64,000 nt of DNA from Eutreptiella sp. 'Long Island Sound 2002' (taxonomy: Eukaryota; Protista; Euglenida), in NCBI GenBank assembly GCA_964036045.1, contig OZ038378.1:171306001-171370000 (forward strand). Reading direction: 5' to 3'. The notes under the pieces are model-generated. The model was given only the letters and a program-made list of their open reading frames with translations. It was not told the origin of the DNA and searched no databases. The translations under genes were made by a program, and so were the position numbers. Below are positions 56,201-64,000 of this stretch, in pieces (position 1 is the first letter of the stretch; every line of letters starts with the position of its first letter).

Positions 56201-59200
56201 TTTGCTCGTGGGGGGCGATCGCCCAATAGCAGCCCTTTCAAATCATTCGCCCAAGTGCGAGGTGCAGCACCCCATCAATGCACAGCAGCAGGACATCGGC
56301 GTTCGCAGAGATGTCCTTGCTGATGTTCGTCACCCTTTGCCCTGCGTCACCAGTTTCTCTGGCCCAGATCTTCTACGGGGGGGGGGGGGGTTGGCACAAG
56401 GCCTCGGTACGGCGAGGGGGGGGGGGGGGGGCATTTGAGATCCCATGAACTGAGATCTGACGGTGCACAAATGGTGGATTGAAATAAAGCACAATCTTTT
56501 GTGGGTGCAGGAAAAAAAAAAAGACCTGACCACATCAACATTTTGGGCCTCTTCGGAGGAGCATAAAAGCCTCTCAGGGGGGGAGGGGGGCTATCGGTGA
56601 ATGGTCTACCTCTGAGCACCACCCGTTTCGCACAGTGACCCATGTTCCCTTCGCCCATCGAAACCTGGTCTCCTGCTGCTCTCACGCACTTGCTCTTCGC
56701 CCCTCTGTTTTGTGTTGCGATTTACCCGTGTGTGTCGCTGCCGCACTGCCGTCCCTCTCTCCTTGCGTCTCTTGTCGATGGCCCCCCCCATACCCTGTGC
56801 TTTTGCGTGTTGTCAAGATCTCGCCTCAACGGCATCTTGCCATCCGGCCGCAGGGAATCGCGCATTCTGCCCACGATAAAGTCTTGGATGACGGCCACTG
56901 ACAGACGGATTGCCAAGGCATCTGCTGTTGTGATGGACGCGGTGCTTCGCTACGGAGTTGTGACATCATGTGCGGTCCATTGTGGCCTGTGGCCTGTTGT
57001 CAGTCTCCGCTTTGGCACTCACCCAAACCCGCCCCGTCCCCCATGTCCCCGATGCCCCCCGGTCACGGGGCACTGGGCACACCTCATCCGTGATGGACTG
57101 GAAATCCAATTCGGTCCACAGAAGGTCAGCGTAGCCATTGACTTTCTGAATCACGGTGATGTACAGAGTGTACAGCTTCTCCAAAAGCTCCAGCTCCTGC
57201 GCAAGAGGCAGGGGATCGTGCACATGTGTTCAACGGGGGTGACACCGTTCGGGGGCGGGGGGGCGCGATGGATGTGCCTGCGGGAGGGTTCGAGTACTGC
57301 GAAGGCCAGCGCAGGGGGGGCGTGTGCCCGACGGACGCACGCGCACCTTCTTCGTCTTCTTGAGCTCCGGGTACTCGTTCTGGGGCAGCCCAAACAGCTC
57401 CTCGCCCGCCATGTACGTGTCCCACTTCCGCTCCTTGTCGTCGTACAGGCGCTGGTACTTCTTCAGGCGCTCCATCGCCTCCTGCGGGCGGATGCCCTTC
57501 ACCATCGGCCCGTGGTGGTCGAAGTCCTTCCGGAACGCCACCACCTCCAGCGCGAAGCGCTCCACTTGGGCCGTGAGGTCGCGCTTGAAGCCGCCCTGCA
57601 GCAGCGCGATCTGGTTGTTGCGCTCGTTCACGAGGTTGCGCAGCTTGCGCCACTTGAACCGGATGTCCGAGACCTTATCGAACTCGTCCTTGGCCACGTT
57701 GACCTCATACTTCTCGAGCAGTTGGTACATGGACTCCACCGGCCCTGAGGGGGAGGCACAGCCGGATCCCAGACCTTTAACCGGCTCCCACACATGCGGC
57801 GGCTGCGGCATGCGTCCCGCGGTTGGCGGAGGGTACGCGCGACGCAACAACGCTGCGCACGCCCCATGGCCCCGGCGTCAAGCCTCCTAAAGCCCCCGGG
57901 AGTGGTGCGGTGTGCTGGATGGTCTTGCGGCTCCGCGACGCTGGGGGCTCCTCGGACGCTTCCTGTGCGGGCTATCTTTATGGGAGGAGCCTTGGGGACA
58001 CATGCAGTGCTGGGCTGCCTGCTGGACTGCCATGGGGCTAAGGGGGCACCCTTTTTTCATTTTATCGCATACGCACAGGATGGCCCAGCAGCGCACACAG
58101 CGCACCAAACCAAACGCCCCCTCCTTTCGTAGATGACAGCATTTTCTCAGGCCCATGTGGCGTGCCGCGGCGTGCGGCAGAACGCCCACGGGCTCACTGT
58201 CGTGGATTTGACACAAGGCAAAGCCGGGGTGGCGGATCCCCCTGGCAGCGCAGCCCCGCCCCACAGCGGCTCAAACGACCTCCCACATCATTTCCGGCCA
58301 CACACACTGCACAGCGCCCCGCCACGGGCTCTCACGAAAGCCAAATGGACTGAAAGGAGCCACAGTCACAGCAAAGGCGGCGACAGATGCATCTCCTGCC
58401 TCCAGCCCTATCTCAACCTCTGCCCGCCGTCGACCAATGACAACATCACTGCCCAGTACAGCAGTGGTGCCGCACTGCGCCCAGGTACGGTCGCACGGGG
58501 TCGCCAAGGGGTCAAAAACCGCTGCAGAATGGTTTCGTCGAAAAATGATACGGGACCACCTTCGTCGGTGGGAACCCGCATCTTAAGGCCGTGACCAACC
58601 ACATGTGCCCGGGCCAAGCCACGGCTTAGTGGCGACGGTGACCTATACCGGGAGGGGGGGGGGGGGGGTCAGAGGCCAAAAATAAATGTCTCCTGCCGAT
58701 CAGGGTCCCCAAATGAGAGGAGACGTGGCCCTATTGGTTTCGGGGGCTCTACTGACCCCCCGACGCCGGCATCCCAAACCCCACTGCCCTACGACTACTG
58801 CTACTGAAAGGGGCTTTGGCAGTGCCACCCATATTGATCCGTTCATGCGGTAGTGCCCGGGCGGTTGTTGAGATCGAGAGCGGGGGCGCACACCGAATTT
58901 GAGCTCCACCTCCGATTCACGCTCGCGGATGTCCTTGAGGGCATCCATGAGCACCCGCAGGTCTGCGAGATTGTCCGTGATCTCAGACTGCAAGAGCTTC
59001 TCGTTCTCCTCCATTTCCAGAATGATGCGCTCCAGATCCGCCTGGGCCTGACCGGCAAAAAGCAATAAATGATCAGCAACCGCTCCGCCAAGTTTTCAGG
59101 CCAAATTGCGGACAAAAGAGGAAAGAAATCCGAGTGTCTTCATGCGGATGTTCATGCGGCCACAATTTGGCCACTACCAACTCATGGGAACCGAGCATCA

Positions 59201-62200
59201 GTGCCCACAGTTCGGCGAAGACAACGCTTTGAGTCGGCTGAACAAAACGGCGAGAGCCACCTGTTTCCCAGCGGCCGAGTTGGTTGAACTTGGGCCAAAG
59301 CCGGGGTGGGGCGGGGGGGGGGGGGGGGGGGGGTGTCGGGGAGGAGCGTCCGGGAGACCCCAATGCAAATACAGAGAGGGGGGAAAGTTTTGTATGGGGA
59401 TTATCTCGCCACCCTTGGAATTCCCAAAGCTCGCGACAGCCTCACGCACACGCACACAACATGCAAACCCATGCTCCGTTCAGAGGCAGACAGATCTGCA
59501 CATCAAACGGCCACTGAACGCAGCATCAGTGCACAACATCTGAAAGAATGAATCTGCTGTTCCAAACACTTGCCCAAAGACTGTGGACCCACCGGATGCA
59601 GTGCAGTGTGCAGTGTCCATTGGCATCTTCACTGCACTGCCGACACCCCTGAACTTCGGGGGAAGGTTTCGCCACCTTCCAAAAAGACGAAAATTTCCCA
59701 CGAACCCCGCCTGAAAATTGTCCCTCCCCCTGTACCAAAATGACCACAGCAGCGCGCTGGTCATTTGGAGAGCTCAGTGTCAATGGGCGACAATGCGTCA
59801 ATGTGTTCGTTGCTGCGTCTGTTCCATACAGGGGGAGGGAAAATTTTGCCAGGGGAGAATTTCGCGGGGAAAATTTCGCCGTTAAGAACGGTGGCGAAAT
59901 TTTCCCCTGGCGAATTTTTTGGCGGAACAGTTCCATCCTTTGCCACCGCGGCAGAGGGATTGTGTTTCCTAAGAAGAGCCAAGCGCTTACCAACGCGCCT
60001 GAGCCCACCGTTTCTTGCGCAGATGTATGGAATCTGGTGCTGCTGATCCGGTAGTATTGGTGCTGGAGGGGCTGGGGCCTGTTTTTTGTGGTGATGTGTT
60101 GCAATTTTGGAGTCTCCGTCTGGGGCGTGTCTTGTTGTGTTATCACCGTCATTTGGGCGTATGGCACTTGGAGCTTTGGGGATTTCAAGGGTGGCGAAAT
60201 TTTCCCCCGGCGAAATTATCCCCAGCGAAATTGTCCCCGGGCGAAATTTTCCCTCCCCCTGTATTTCATGGGCTGGTCATGACAAAGACAGGCAGACTTC
60301 CGTGGGAAACCACTCCTTGCCCGCTCGGGTTCGACCTGCTGATGAAGATTCTTCGCATATTGGGACTTCCACTCCTCCGCTTCGTGCTTCAGGGCATTCT
60401 TCAGGGGCGTGGTCTGCAGGCAGAGAGACCCAATGGTGTACGAGGAGGTGATGCTGTTGATCTCCTGTTCGACGTTCATGTACTTCTTGAGTTCGTTTTC
60501 GAAGTCCTCCAGTGTGGGCTGGCTCTGCAGGAATTGCTTGTACGCCTCCTCCTTGTCCTGCAGCCAGAGATATTCATATCTCTTGAAAGAGTTGAGGTAG
60601 TCCATCACCTGCAAAACAGTTGCATCGTGGGCCAGGCAGTGACGTGCCCGCGGCATCCAGCACCGCTGGCTGCAACCAGTGAGTGTTGACCTGGTTCAGT
60701 GCTTACACAGTGCATCTCACACACTTCCTCACTGTGCCTCCGGTGCAAGGAGGGGGAGGGGGTTACCTGAGGGGATTGCTGACTGAAGCGGCTCCTATTG
60801 GCCTCTCGCCACTGTCCACCGCCTTGCCAGCACTCACAGGCTTCACATTCAGTCACCCCCAGACCGTGAAATTTGGAGGGTGCCGGGGGGGGGGGGGGTC
60901 GGCATGTGGCGCTTTGCCCTGTCCAGGCTGCCCCCCCCGCAGCCCCTGTCTCTGTGGCACCGCTGCACAGGCCGTCTCCTGAAAGCGGACCAGCCCTAGG
61001 GTTTCGCGATGCAAAAGGGGGGCACGGGGGTTGGCCACGGTGCAATAGGTTGACAACCCCCACAGTTGTCTGCTCTGTTGGTCTCCTGCATTACTTCTCT
61101 GTCAGGGTCTCTGTCAGTCTGGCAAACGCCCCGTGTTTGGAGGTGGTGCACGGGTGATACTCACAGGCGGGGTAATCTGAGGGGGAGGGTTTTGGAGGGA
61201 GAAAATTTTGATGTGGACAAATTTGGAAGCCGCCCCTCCTACCAAATATGTCGTTCATTTCTAGGGATGCTGTGTGCTACAATGTGTGCACAGGGAATAA
61301 CAGCAACCATCCAGAGCCCCCTAGGAAACAACAGCAAGGGACCTTGTACCAAAATTTTCCTTCATTTCTCAGGAGGAGTACCAAATCCCCCAAATTGGGC
61401 CCTTCTAAAATTTTCCCCTCCCGGTGTTCCTTCCGTGCAGCATGCATTCATTCACCCTGCCATCCACCGCGGTCATGCTGCAAACAGGACGCAGACGCTC
61501 GACACTTTTTCTGCTGCAATGCCTCGCGAACAGTGCTCAGAGAACACTGTTGTGCCTGGTCGCCATTGCTTGTCCAGGGCCACTGGCGGCACGTACACGA
61601 TGACCACCTGCATCACAGGGGCCACTGCTGCATCGCACCATGTACCACCGCCACAAATCTGCCAAATGCTTTGGATGAGGGAACGCCCATGCGCAACGCG
61701 GACCGGGAGGGTACCACCTGTTTGTTCAATCCATGCATGCCGCCCGTCAGCAGCAGGACCACCTTGACGATCTCCTTGTTCTTGGCGATCTCCTCGAAGA
61801 ACGACACCGAATGCACGCCGTCCCATTGCTTGATGAATTTGGAGCACCGCAACACGGCAGTGGCACATTTGTTGATGGATGCCTGAGCGTCGTGACGGGG
61901 TGGCAGGCAGGGTCAGCAGCAAGCGAAGCCCAGGTGACGGTGTAACCACAGGACCCCATGCGCCCAAATCCTCAAACTGTGAAATGGCACTTTTAGGGAA
62001 ACCAACAGCGGTTGGACAGCAACCAACGGCAGTGGGATGGATTCTCGAGCGAGCTTTAGGGACAGTCTCGATGGGAAAACACCCTCAGCGGCAACTTGTA
62101 CTCCTCCTTAGAAATGAAGGAAAGTTTTGGTACAAGGTCCCTTGCTGTTGTTTCCTAGTGGGCTCTGGATGGCTGATGTTATTGCCTGATGGGCTTTGGA

Positions 62201-63964
62201 TGGCTGATGCCATTGCCTGATGGGCTTTGGATGGTTGCTGTCATTCCCTGTGCACACATTTTGGCACATCGCATCATGAAAATTGAAAGAAGTATGTGGT
62301 AGAAGGGAGGGCTTCCAAATTAGTCCATAAGGTCACGTCAGGACAACTGACGGGCGCACAAGACAACTGAGGGGCGCACAGGACAACTGATGAGCGCACA
62401 GGACAACTGAGGGGCGCACAAGACAACTGAAGGGCGCACAGGACAACTGAGGGGCGCACTACAGTCATCGAGGCACTCTAAAAACTGTGCCCCAAGATGA
62501 TATGCCATGCCTCAGCGAACCGATCCCTGGTCCTCTACAGCCCTGCCAAGGTACCCGCGTGTGCCGTTCACACGGTGATGCCTCTCGCGGCAGTGCCACC
62601 CCACTTGGGTACGGGTGGGGGTCCACTGCCCTTCTGCAACCCAGCCTTGGCTGAGAACACAAGACATCTCCAGTTGTGCCCCCCTGCACTTGCTTCCCCT
62701 TGCTGGCGATCCAAATACCGGTGCATCTGTCACATGTACAGATCCCAGCCACAAACGAGAAAAATCAGAGGTACAAGAATCTGAACTGATAGTCACAGTT
62801 GTGCATGAGGCCTGCTGGTGCCCTGGGACGCTGCGGGGCAGTACCACTCATATTCGCAGTGGTCCGTCGAACCACGCTATCTGGCACATTACACTCTTCC
62901 CGAACAAACACGGAGACAAACCTCTGCCTCAATGAAAAGGGGTGAAGTGGTCCGTTTGCCTTAAAGCGCTTTTCCAGATGTCTTATTCATCCGCCCCTGT
63001 GCCATTCATTCTTCCTCTTTGGAGAAACACCTCCGCTCCCACAGTTCCCACAGGGGACGGCTTTGATACAATTTCTGTCATCCATCTTTAACGCGCGCGC
63101 GGCGGGGGGAGGGGGGGGGCACGTTAACCTTCACCATGACCAGTCACCGACGCAGTTGGCGGTTACCCAAGCAGTTGGAGGTTACGACCCGGCGGTTGGA
63201 AGGGACCGACAAATGTTGTCCGGTAATTGCAGGGGGCTGCCAGTCGACTGCCGGCGGTTGGCAGTTAAGCACCGTTGCTTGGCCGTTAATCACTGGTTCA
63301 GGCGACCTTTGTAAAAAGAAAAAAATTTTCGGTCTGCTGAGAAGAGCCCTCATTTCTTTTCACTGTACTGTACATTTTTACACGGTGCGGCATTGTACTG
63401 GCGGGTTCGGTGGTGTGCTCTGTGGGTGCACAACATCGAAGGCGGCCATGTGGGGCGGTTGTGCACATGGCTTTCGCAGTGAACTCCGTATCTACCACTT
63501 CCTACTTGCCCGCTTTGGGGCCCATTCATGTGTGGAAACTGGCCGAGCCCCAGCCCAAGTCCCAGCCCAGCCCAGCCCTATCCCAGCCCCAGCACTCCCA
63601 GCCCCAGTCCCAGCCCCAGTTCCAGCCACCGCCCCAGCCCAAGTCCCAGCCCCAGCCCCAGCCCTCGCCAGCACACATCGATCCCTCCTGCAGCGAGACG
63701 CACCTGCACTTCCTGCAACGAAGGGTTCAAAAGAACGTTGGGCGAGTGGAGCTCCACAGAGACGTCGAAGAAGGGCTTGTCCACAAACATAAAGCCCTGG
63801 CGGTTGCGGGTCCCCACGCGCTTTTTGATGAGGTTCAGAGACTTGGTGGTGGTGGTCAGGATGGCCTTGAACATCAGGCGATTGAAATGCGATTTCAGCT
63901 TCATCTCTTCGTCGCGATGGATTTCAGAGACCACGCCCTCACTGGCCTGGGCCCCAATCACACA
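12379..63964 (-). CDS. ODA2: Axonemal dynein heavy chain, outer-arm gamma type (DNAH5/DNAH8/ODA2-like); partial, 24 exons in window, 1887 aa
   Basis: Manually spliced GT-AG exons join in frame (5661 nt). AAA1 Walker A GPAGTGKT and Walker B CFDEFNR, AAA2 [11 protein letters not shown]3 GGSGTAKT. The motifs [14 protein letters not shown] and [13 protein letters not shown] are characteristic of the DNAH5/8 (gamma) class. Confidence 0.95.
14775..14906 (-). CDS. ODA2: Dynein HC exon w23
   Basis: tttag|VQALAEK...[23 protein letters not shown]|gtgatg; 132 nt. Confidence 0.93.
16005..16265 (-). CDS. ODA2: Dynein HC exon w22
   Basis: gtcag|[16 protein letters not shown]...[14 protein letters not shown]...HYTPE|gtaggg; 261 nt; follows a 12,928-bp intron. 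Confidence 0.92.
17016..18657 (+). mobile_element. Non-autonomous Helitron2/Helentron-like element, monomer
   Basis: 5' end T-CACCTCGCAGAG with hairpin ACCTC-GCA-GAGGT. 3' end CTCTGCGAGGTG-gac-TTGCC-GAA-GGCAA-TAGAA. Flanks aaa|...|tttt, no TSD. Five internal ~195-bp repeats. Confidence 0.8.
17670..26150. repeat. ~195-bp tandem repeat carried inside the Helitron2-like copies (about 5, 3, 5+2, 4 and 6 units)
   Basis: Unit caacctgcttatgcagtttttcaccccggacagctcaaaaatcgaag...ggtccG(n)tctcccaagggattggtaca recurs every ~190-200 bp within each copy. Confidence 0.93.
19313..22816 (+). mobile_element. Helitron2-like head-to-tail dimer (junction 20563/20564) with an internal fusion near 22150
   Basis: Same termini. 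The junction reads ...GGCAATAGAA|TCACCTCGCAGAG. Outer flanks gacaaa|...|tttcatt. Confidence 0.8.
22963..26213 (+). mobile_element. Helitron2-like head-to-tail dimer (junction 24383/24384)
   Basis: Same termini. Outer flanks agccaaaa|...|ttttgcttcg reconstitute an AAAA^TTTT target with no TSD. Confidence 0.8.
26353..26424. repeat. (CACG)n(CA)n microsatellite
   Basis: Read directly. Confidence 0.95.
26520..26640. repeat. Dispersed repeat; inverted copy at ~40085-40205
   Basis: gtgatccggaaccccctgg..ccctccaaact versus aatttggagggtg..ccagggggttccggatcacc. Confidence 0.7.
27405..27560. repeat. Degenerate CCCTAA-like hexamer tract
   Basis: ccttaaacccaaccttaaccctaac...cctaaccctacacctacccctagccttaaccctgacc. 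Confidence 0.75.
29194..29667 (-). CDS. ODA2: Dynein HC exon w21 (AAA3 Walker A/B)
   Basis: tacag|DTIFEYRV...GGSGTAKT...[24 protein letters not shown]|gtcgcc; 474 nt. Confidence 0.96.
30421..30628 (-). CDS. ODA2: Dynein HC exon w20
   Basis: cacag|(S)LNHVISNSF...FVYSWSAGG...DLPQE|gtgtgt; 208 nt. Confidence 0.91.
31713..32074. mobile_element. Related TA-flanked MITE, 362 bp
   Basis: TA|CAA-G(n)...AATTTCG ... CGAAAT-C(n)-GTG|TA. Its right arm is the reverse complement of the left arm of 59829-60261. Confidence 0.62.
34258..34471. repeat. Dispersed ~210-bp SINE-like repeat; inverted copy at 58468-58682
   Basis: ...gtgaccgtacctgggcgcagtgcggca versus tgccgcactgcgcccaggtacggtcgcac...; homology extends across the element. 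Confidence 0.8.
35513..35810 (-). CDS. ODA2: Dynein HC exon w19
   Basis: ttcag|(G)DRISMS...[13 protein letters not shown]...VIMHT-ag|gtcctg; 298 nt. Confidence 0.92.
36173..36281 (-). CDS. ODA2: Dynein HC exon w18
   Basis: tgcag|[36 protein letters not shown]-g|gtgtgg; 109 nt. Confidence 0.95.
36285..36350. repeat. (CAA)n(CAGA)n microsatellite abutting the exon w18 acceptor
   Basis: Read directly. Confidence 0.95.
36561..36597. repeat. (CAG)n microsatellite
   Basis: Read directly. Confidence 0.9.
38206..38298. repeat. (GT)n microsatellite
   Basis: Read directly. Confidence 0.97.
38482..38843 (-). CDS. ODA2: Dynein HC exon w17 (AAA2 Walker A)
   Basis: cgcag|(G)DLFPG...[16 protein letters not shown]...[13 protein letters not shown]...RRANK|gtttgc; 362 nt. 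Confidence 0.95.
39072..39530 (+). repeat. ~458-bp direct repeat, copy 1 (intron w16-w17)
   Basis: Near-identical to 40742-41198. Confidence 0.93.
39561..39882 (-). CDS. ODA2: Dynein HC exon w16
   Basis: tgcag|[12 protein letters not shown]...[19 protein letters not shown]...ISLL-g|gtatgg; 322 nt. Confidence 0.95.
40583..40669 (-). CDS. ODA2: Dynein HC exon w15
   Basis: ttcag|[29 protein letters not shown]|gtatgg; 87 nt. Confidence 0.95.
40742..41198 (+). repeat. ~457-bp direct repeat, copy 2 (intron w14-w15)
   Basis: Near-identical to 39072-39530. Confidence 0.93.
41999..42227. repeat. (GTGTT)n ~30 copies grading into (GTGGC)n
   Basis: Read directly; begins ~40 nt into the intron after the exon w14 donor. 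Confidence 0.97.
42265..42420 (-). CDS. ODA2: Dynein HC exon w14 (AAA1 Walker B)
   Basis: atcag|[20 protein letters not shown]...FTDGQ|gtctgc; 156 nt. Confidence 0.96.
43728..44031 (-). CDS. ODA2: Dynein HC exon w13 (AAA1 Walker A)
   Basis: cacag|(W)QKQARFYW...[12 protein letters not shown]...[15 protein letters not shown]...AMGK|gtctgg; 304 nt. Confidence 0.96.
44039..44112. repeat. (GGGATG)n hexamer tract abutting the exon w13 acceptor
   Basis: Read directly. Confidence 0.9.
44765..46303 (-). mobile_element. Probable decayed, 5'-truncated retroelement-like insertion with a pseudogenised ORF
   Basis: ORFs 46297-45752 and 45742-45383 are in the same frame, separated by one stop, and an overlapping frame runs to 45183. 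There is a ~33-bp tandem repeat at 44930-45120 and a (CCAAT)n-like tail at ~44765-44785. The insertion appears to split a short repeat whose intact copy is 47073-47297. No diagnostic RT motif seen. Confidence 0.35.
46797..46917. repeat. ~41-bp minisatellite x3; related inverted copy at 34009-34101
   Basis: Unit tatccccaactcaaggggccacgccaaagcgtggaagtccg. Confidence 0.8.
48095..48357 (-). CDS. ODA2: Dynein HC exon w12
   Basis: cgcag|[11 protein letters not shown]...[13 protein letters not shown]...HFD-tg|gtatgc; 263 nt. Confidence 0.93.
49901..50265. mobile_element. Related TA-flanked MITE, 365 bp
   Basis: TA|CAGCG-G(n)-ATTTCG ... CGAAGT-C(n)-..CGCTG|TA, with subterminal AAATTT motifs. Confidence 0.65.
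50739..50927 (-). CDS. ODA2: Dynein HC exon w11
   Basis: tgcag|EGEEVKM...GNVEDWL...DQYPAQ|gtgtgt; 189 nt. Confidence 0.93.
51553..51870 (-). CDS. ODA2: Dynein HC exon w10
   Basis: cgcag|AFEVKNVV...[13 protein letters not shown]...AMISQ|gtaccc; 318 nt. Confidence 0.93.
52052..52147 (-). CDS. ODA2: Dynein HC exon w9
   Basis: ctcag|[19 protein letters not shown]...KIMTK|gtgtgt; 96 nt. Confidence 0.93.
53789..54039 (-). CDS. ODA2: Dynein HC exon w8
   Basis: cgtag|(G)DWDDKELSF...[12 protein letters not shown]|gtgtgc; 251 nt. Confidence 0.93.
54559..54880 (-). CDS. ODA2: Dynein HC exon w7 (DHC_N2/linker)
   Basis: aacag|[18 protein letters not shown]...RHWKEIM...NNIA-g|gtgtgc; 322 nt. Confidence 0.93.
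57083..57196 (-). CDS. ODA2: Dynein HC exon w6
   Basis: cgcag|[12 protein letters not shown]...FQSITDE|gtgtgc; 114 nt. Confidence 0.92.
57347..57744 (-). CDS. ODA2: Dynein HC exon w5
   Basis: ctcag|(G)PVESMYQLL...[16 protein letters not shown]...ELKKTKK|gtgcgc; 398 nt. Confidence 0.93.
58894..59047 (-). CDS. ODA2: Dynein HC exon w4
   Basis: gtcag|AQADLERII...EVELKF-g|gtgtgc; 154 nt. Confidence 0.92.
59372..59732. mobile_element. Related TA-flanked MITE, 361 bp, diverged TIRs
   Basis: TA|CAGAGAGGGGGGAAAGTTTT ... AAAATTGTCCCTCCCCCTG|TA. Confidence 0.6.
59829..60261. mobile_element. TA-flanked MITE (Tc1/mariner-like ends), 433 bp
   Basis: TA|CAGGGGGAGGGAAAATTTTGCCAGGGG ... CCCCGGGCGAAATTTTCCCTCCCCCTG|TA; 27-bp TIR with 2 mismatches. 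Confidence 0.85.
60336..60608 (-). CDS. ODA2: Dynein HC exon w3
   Basis: ttgcag|[15 protein letters not shown]...AKNLHQQ|gtcgaa; 273 nt. Confidence 0.92.
61268..62275. repeat. Inverted repeat pair (61268-61381 / 62098-62275) bracketing exon w2
   Basis: The reverse complement of 61307-61381 matches 62098-62172 almost perfectly. The right arm has an internal tandem expansion. Confidence 0.88.
61718..61882 (-). CDS. ODA2: Dynein HC exon w2
   Basis: ctcag|[15 protein letters not shown]...GLNKQ|gtggta; 165 nt, phase 0-0. Confidence 0.9.
62341..62460. repeat. 20-bp minisatellite x6
   Basis: (rgacaactga-nrrgcgcaca)6. Confidence 0.95.
63547..63663. repeat. Degenerate (CCCCAG)n hexamer tract
   Basis: Read directly. 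Confidence 0.9.
63704..63964 (-). CDS. ODA2: Dynein HC exon w1 (tail)
   Basis: ctgcag|[10 protein letters not shown]...PSLQEVQ|gtgcgt; 261 nt, phase 0-0. Confidence 0.88.
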
Positions 63965-64000
63965 CTGCAGCAGAGATTGGGCAGATGAGGAGTGGGGCTT

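Noticed and set aside
29153-63988. Long plus-strand ORFs overlapping exons (e.g. 43512-44849, 54386-54889, 56642-57748)
   Set aside because: Antisense shadows of GC-rich dynein codons plus adjacent repeats.

Overview
Eukaryotic nuclear DNA. A flagellate, probably euglenid, origin is my inference from splice-donor style and repeat landscape, and is unverified. The whole window lies inside one minus-strand gene, an axonemal outer-arm gamma-type dynein heavy chain (DNAH5/DNAH8/ODA2 family). I assembled 24 GT-AG exons (63964 down to 12379; 5661 nt, 1887 codons, frame continuous) covering tail, linker, AAA1, AAA2 and AAA3. Both gene ends lie outside the window. Introns run from 150 bp to over 12 kb and are packed with repeats. 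The main discovery is that the ~530-bp 'satellite' filling 1-12111 carries two paralogous 55-56-nt cassettes per unit on the dynein sense strand, each with complete box C, D', C' and D architecture. This gives about 42 candidate box C/D snoRNAs tandemly arrayed in one intron. The second discovery is a 12.9-kb intron holding five or more copies of a non-autonomous Helitron2/Helentron-like element. It has 12-bp asymmetric TIRs, terminal hairpins, an AAA^TTT target, no TSD, head-to-tail dimers and a variable number of internal ~195-bp repeats. Also present are an 8-bp-TSD MITE, a family of TA-flanked MITEs, exon-flanking direct and inverted repeats, a probable retroelement relic and many microsatellites.
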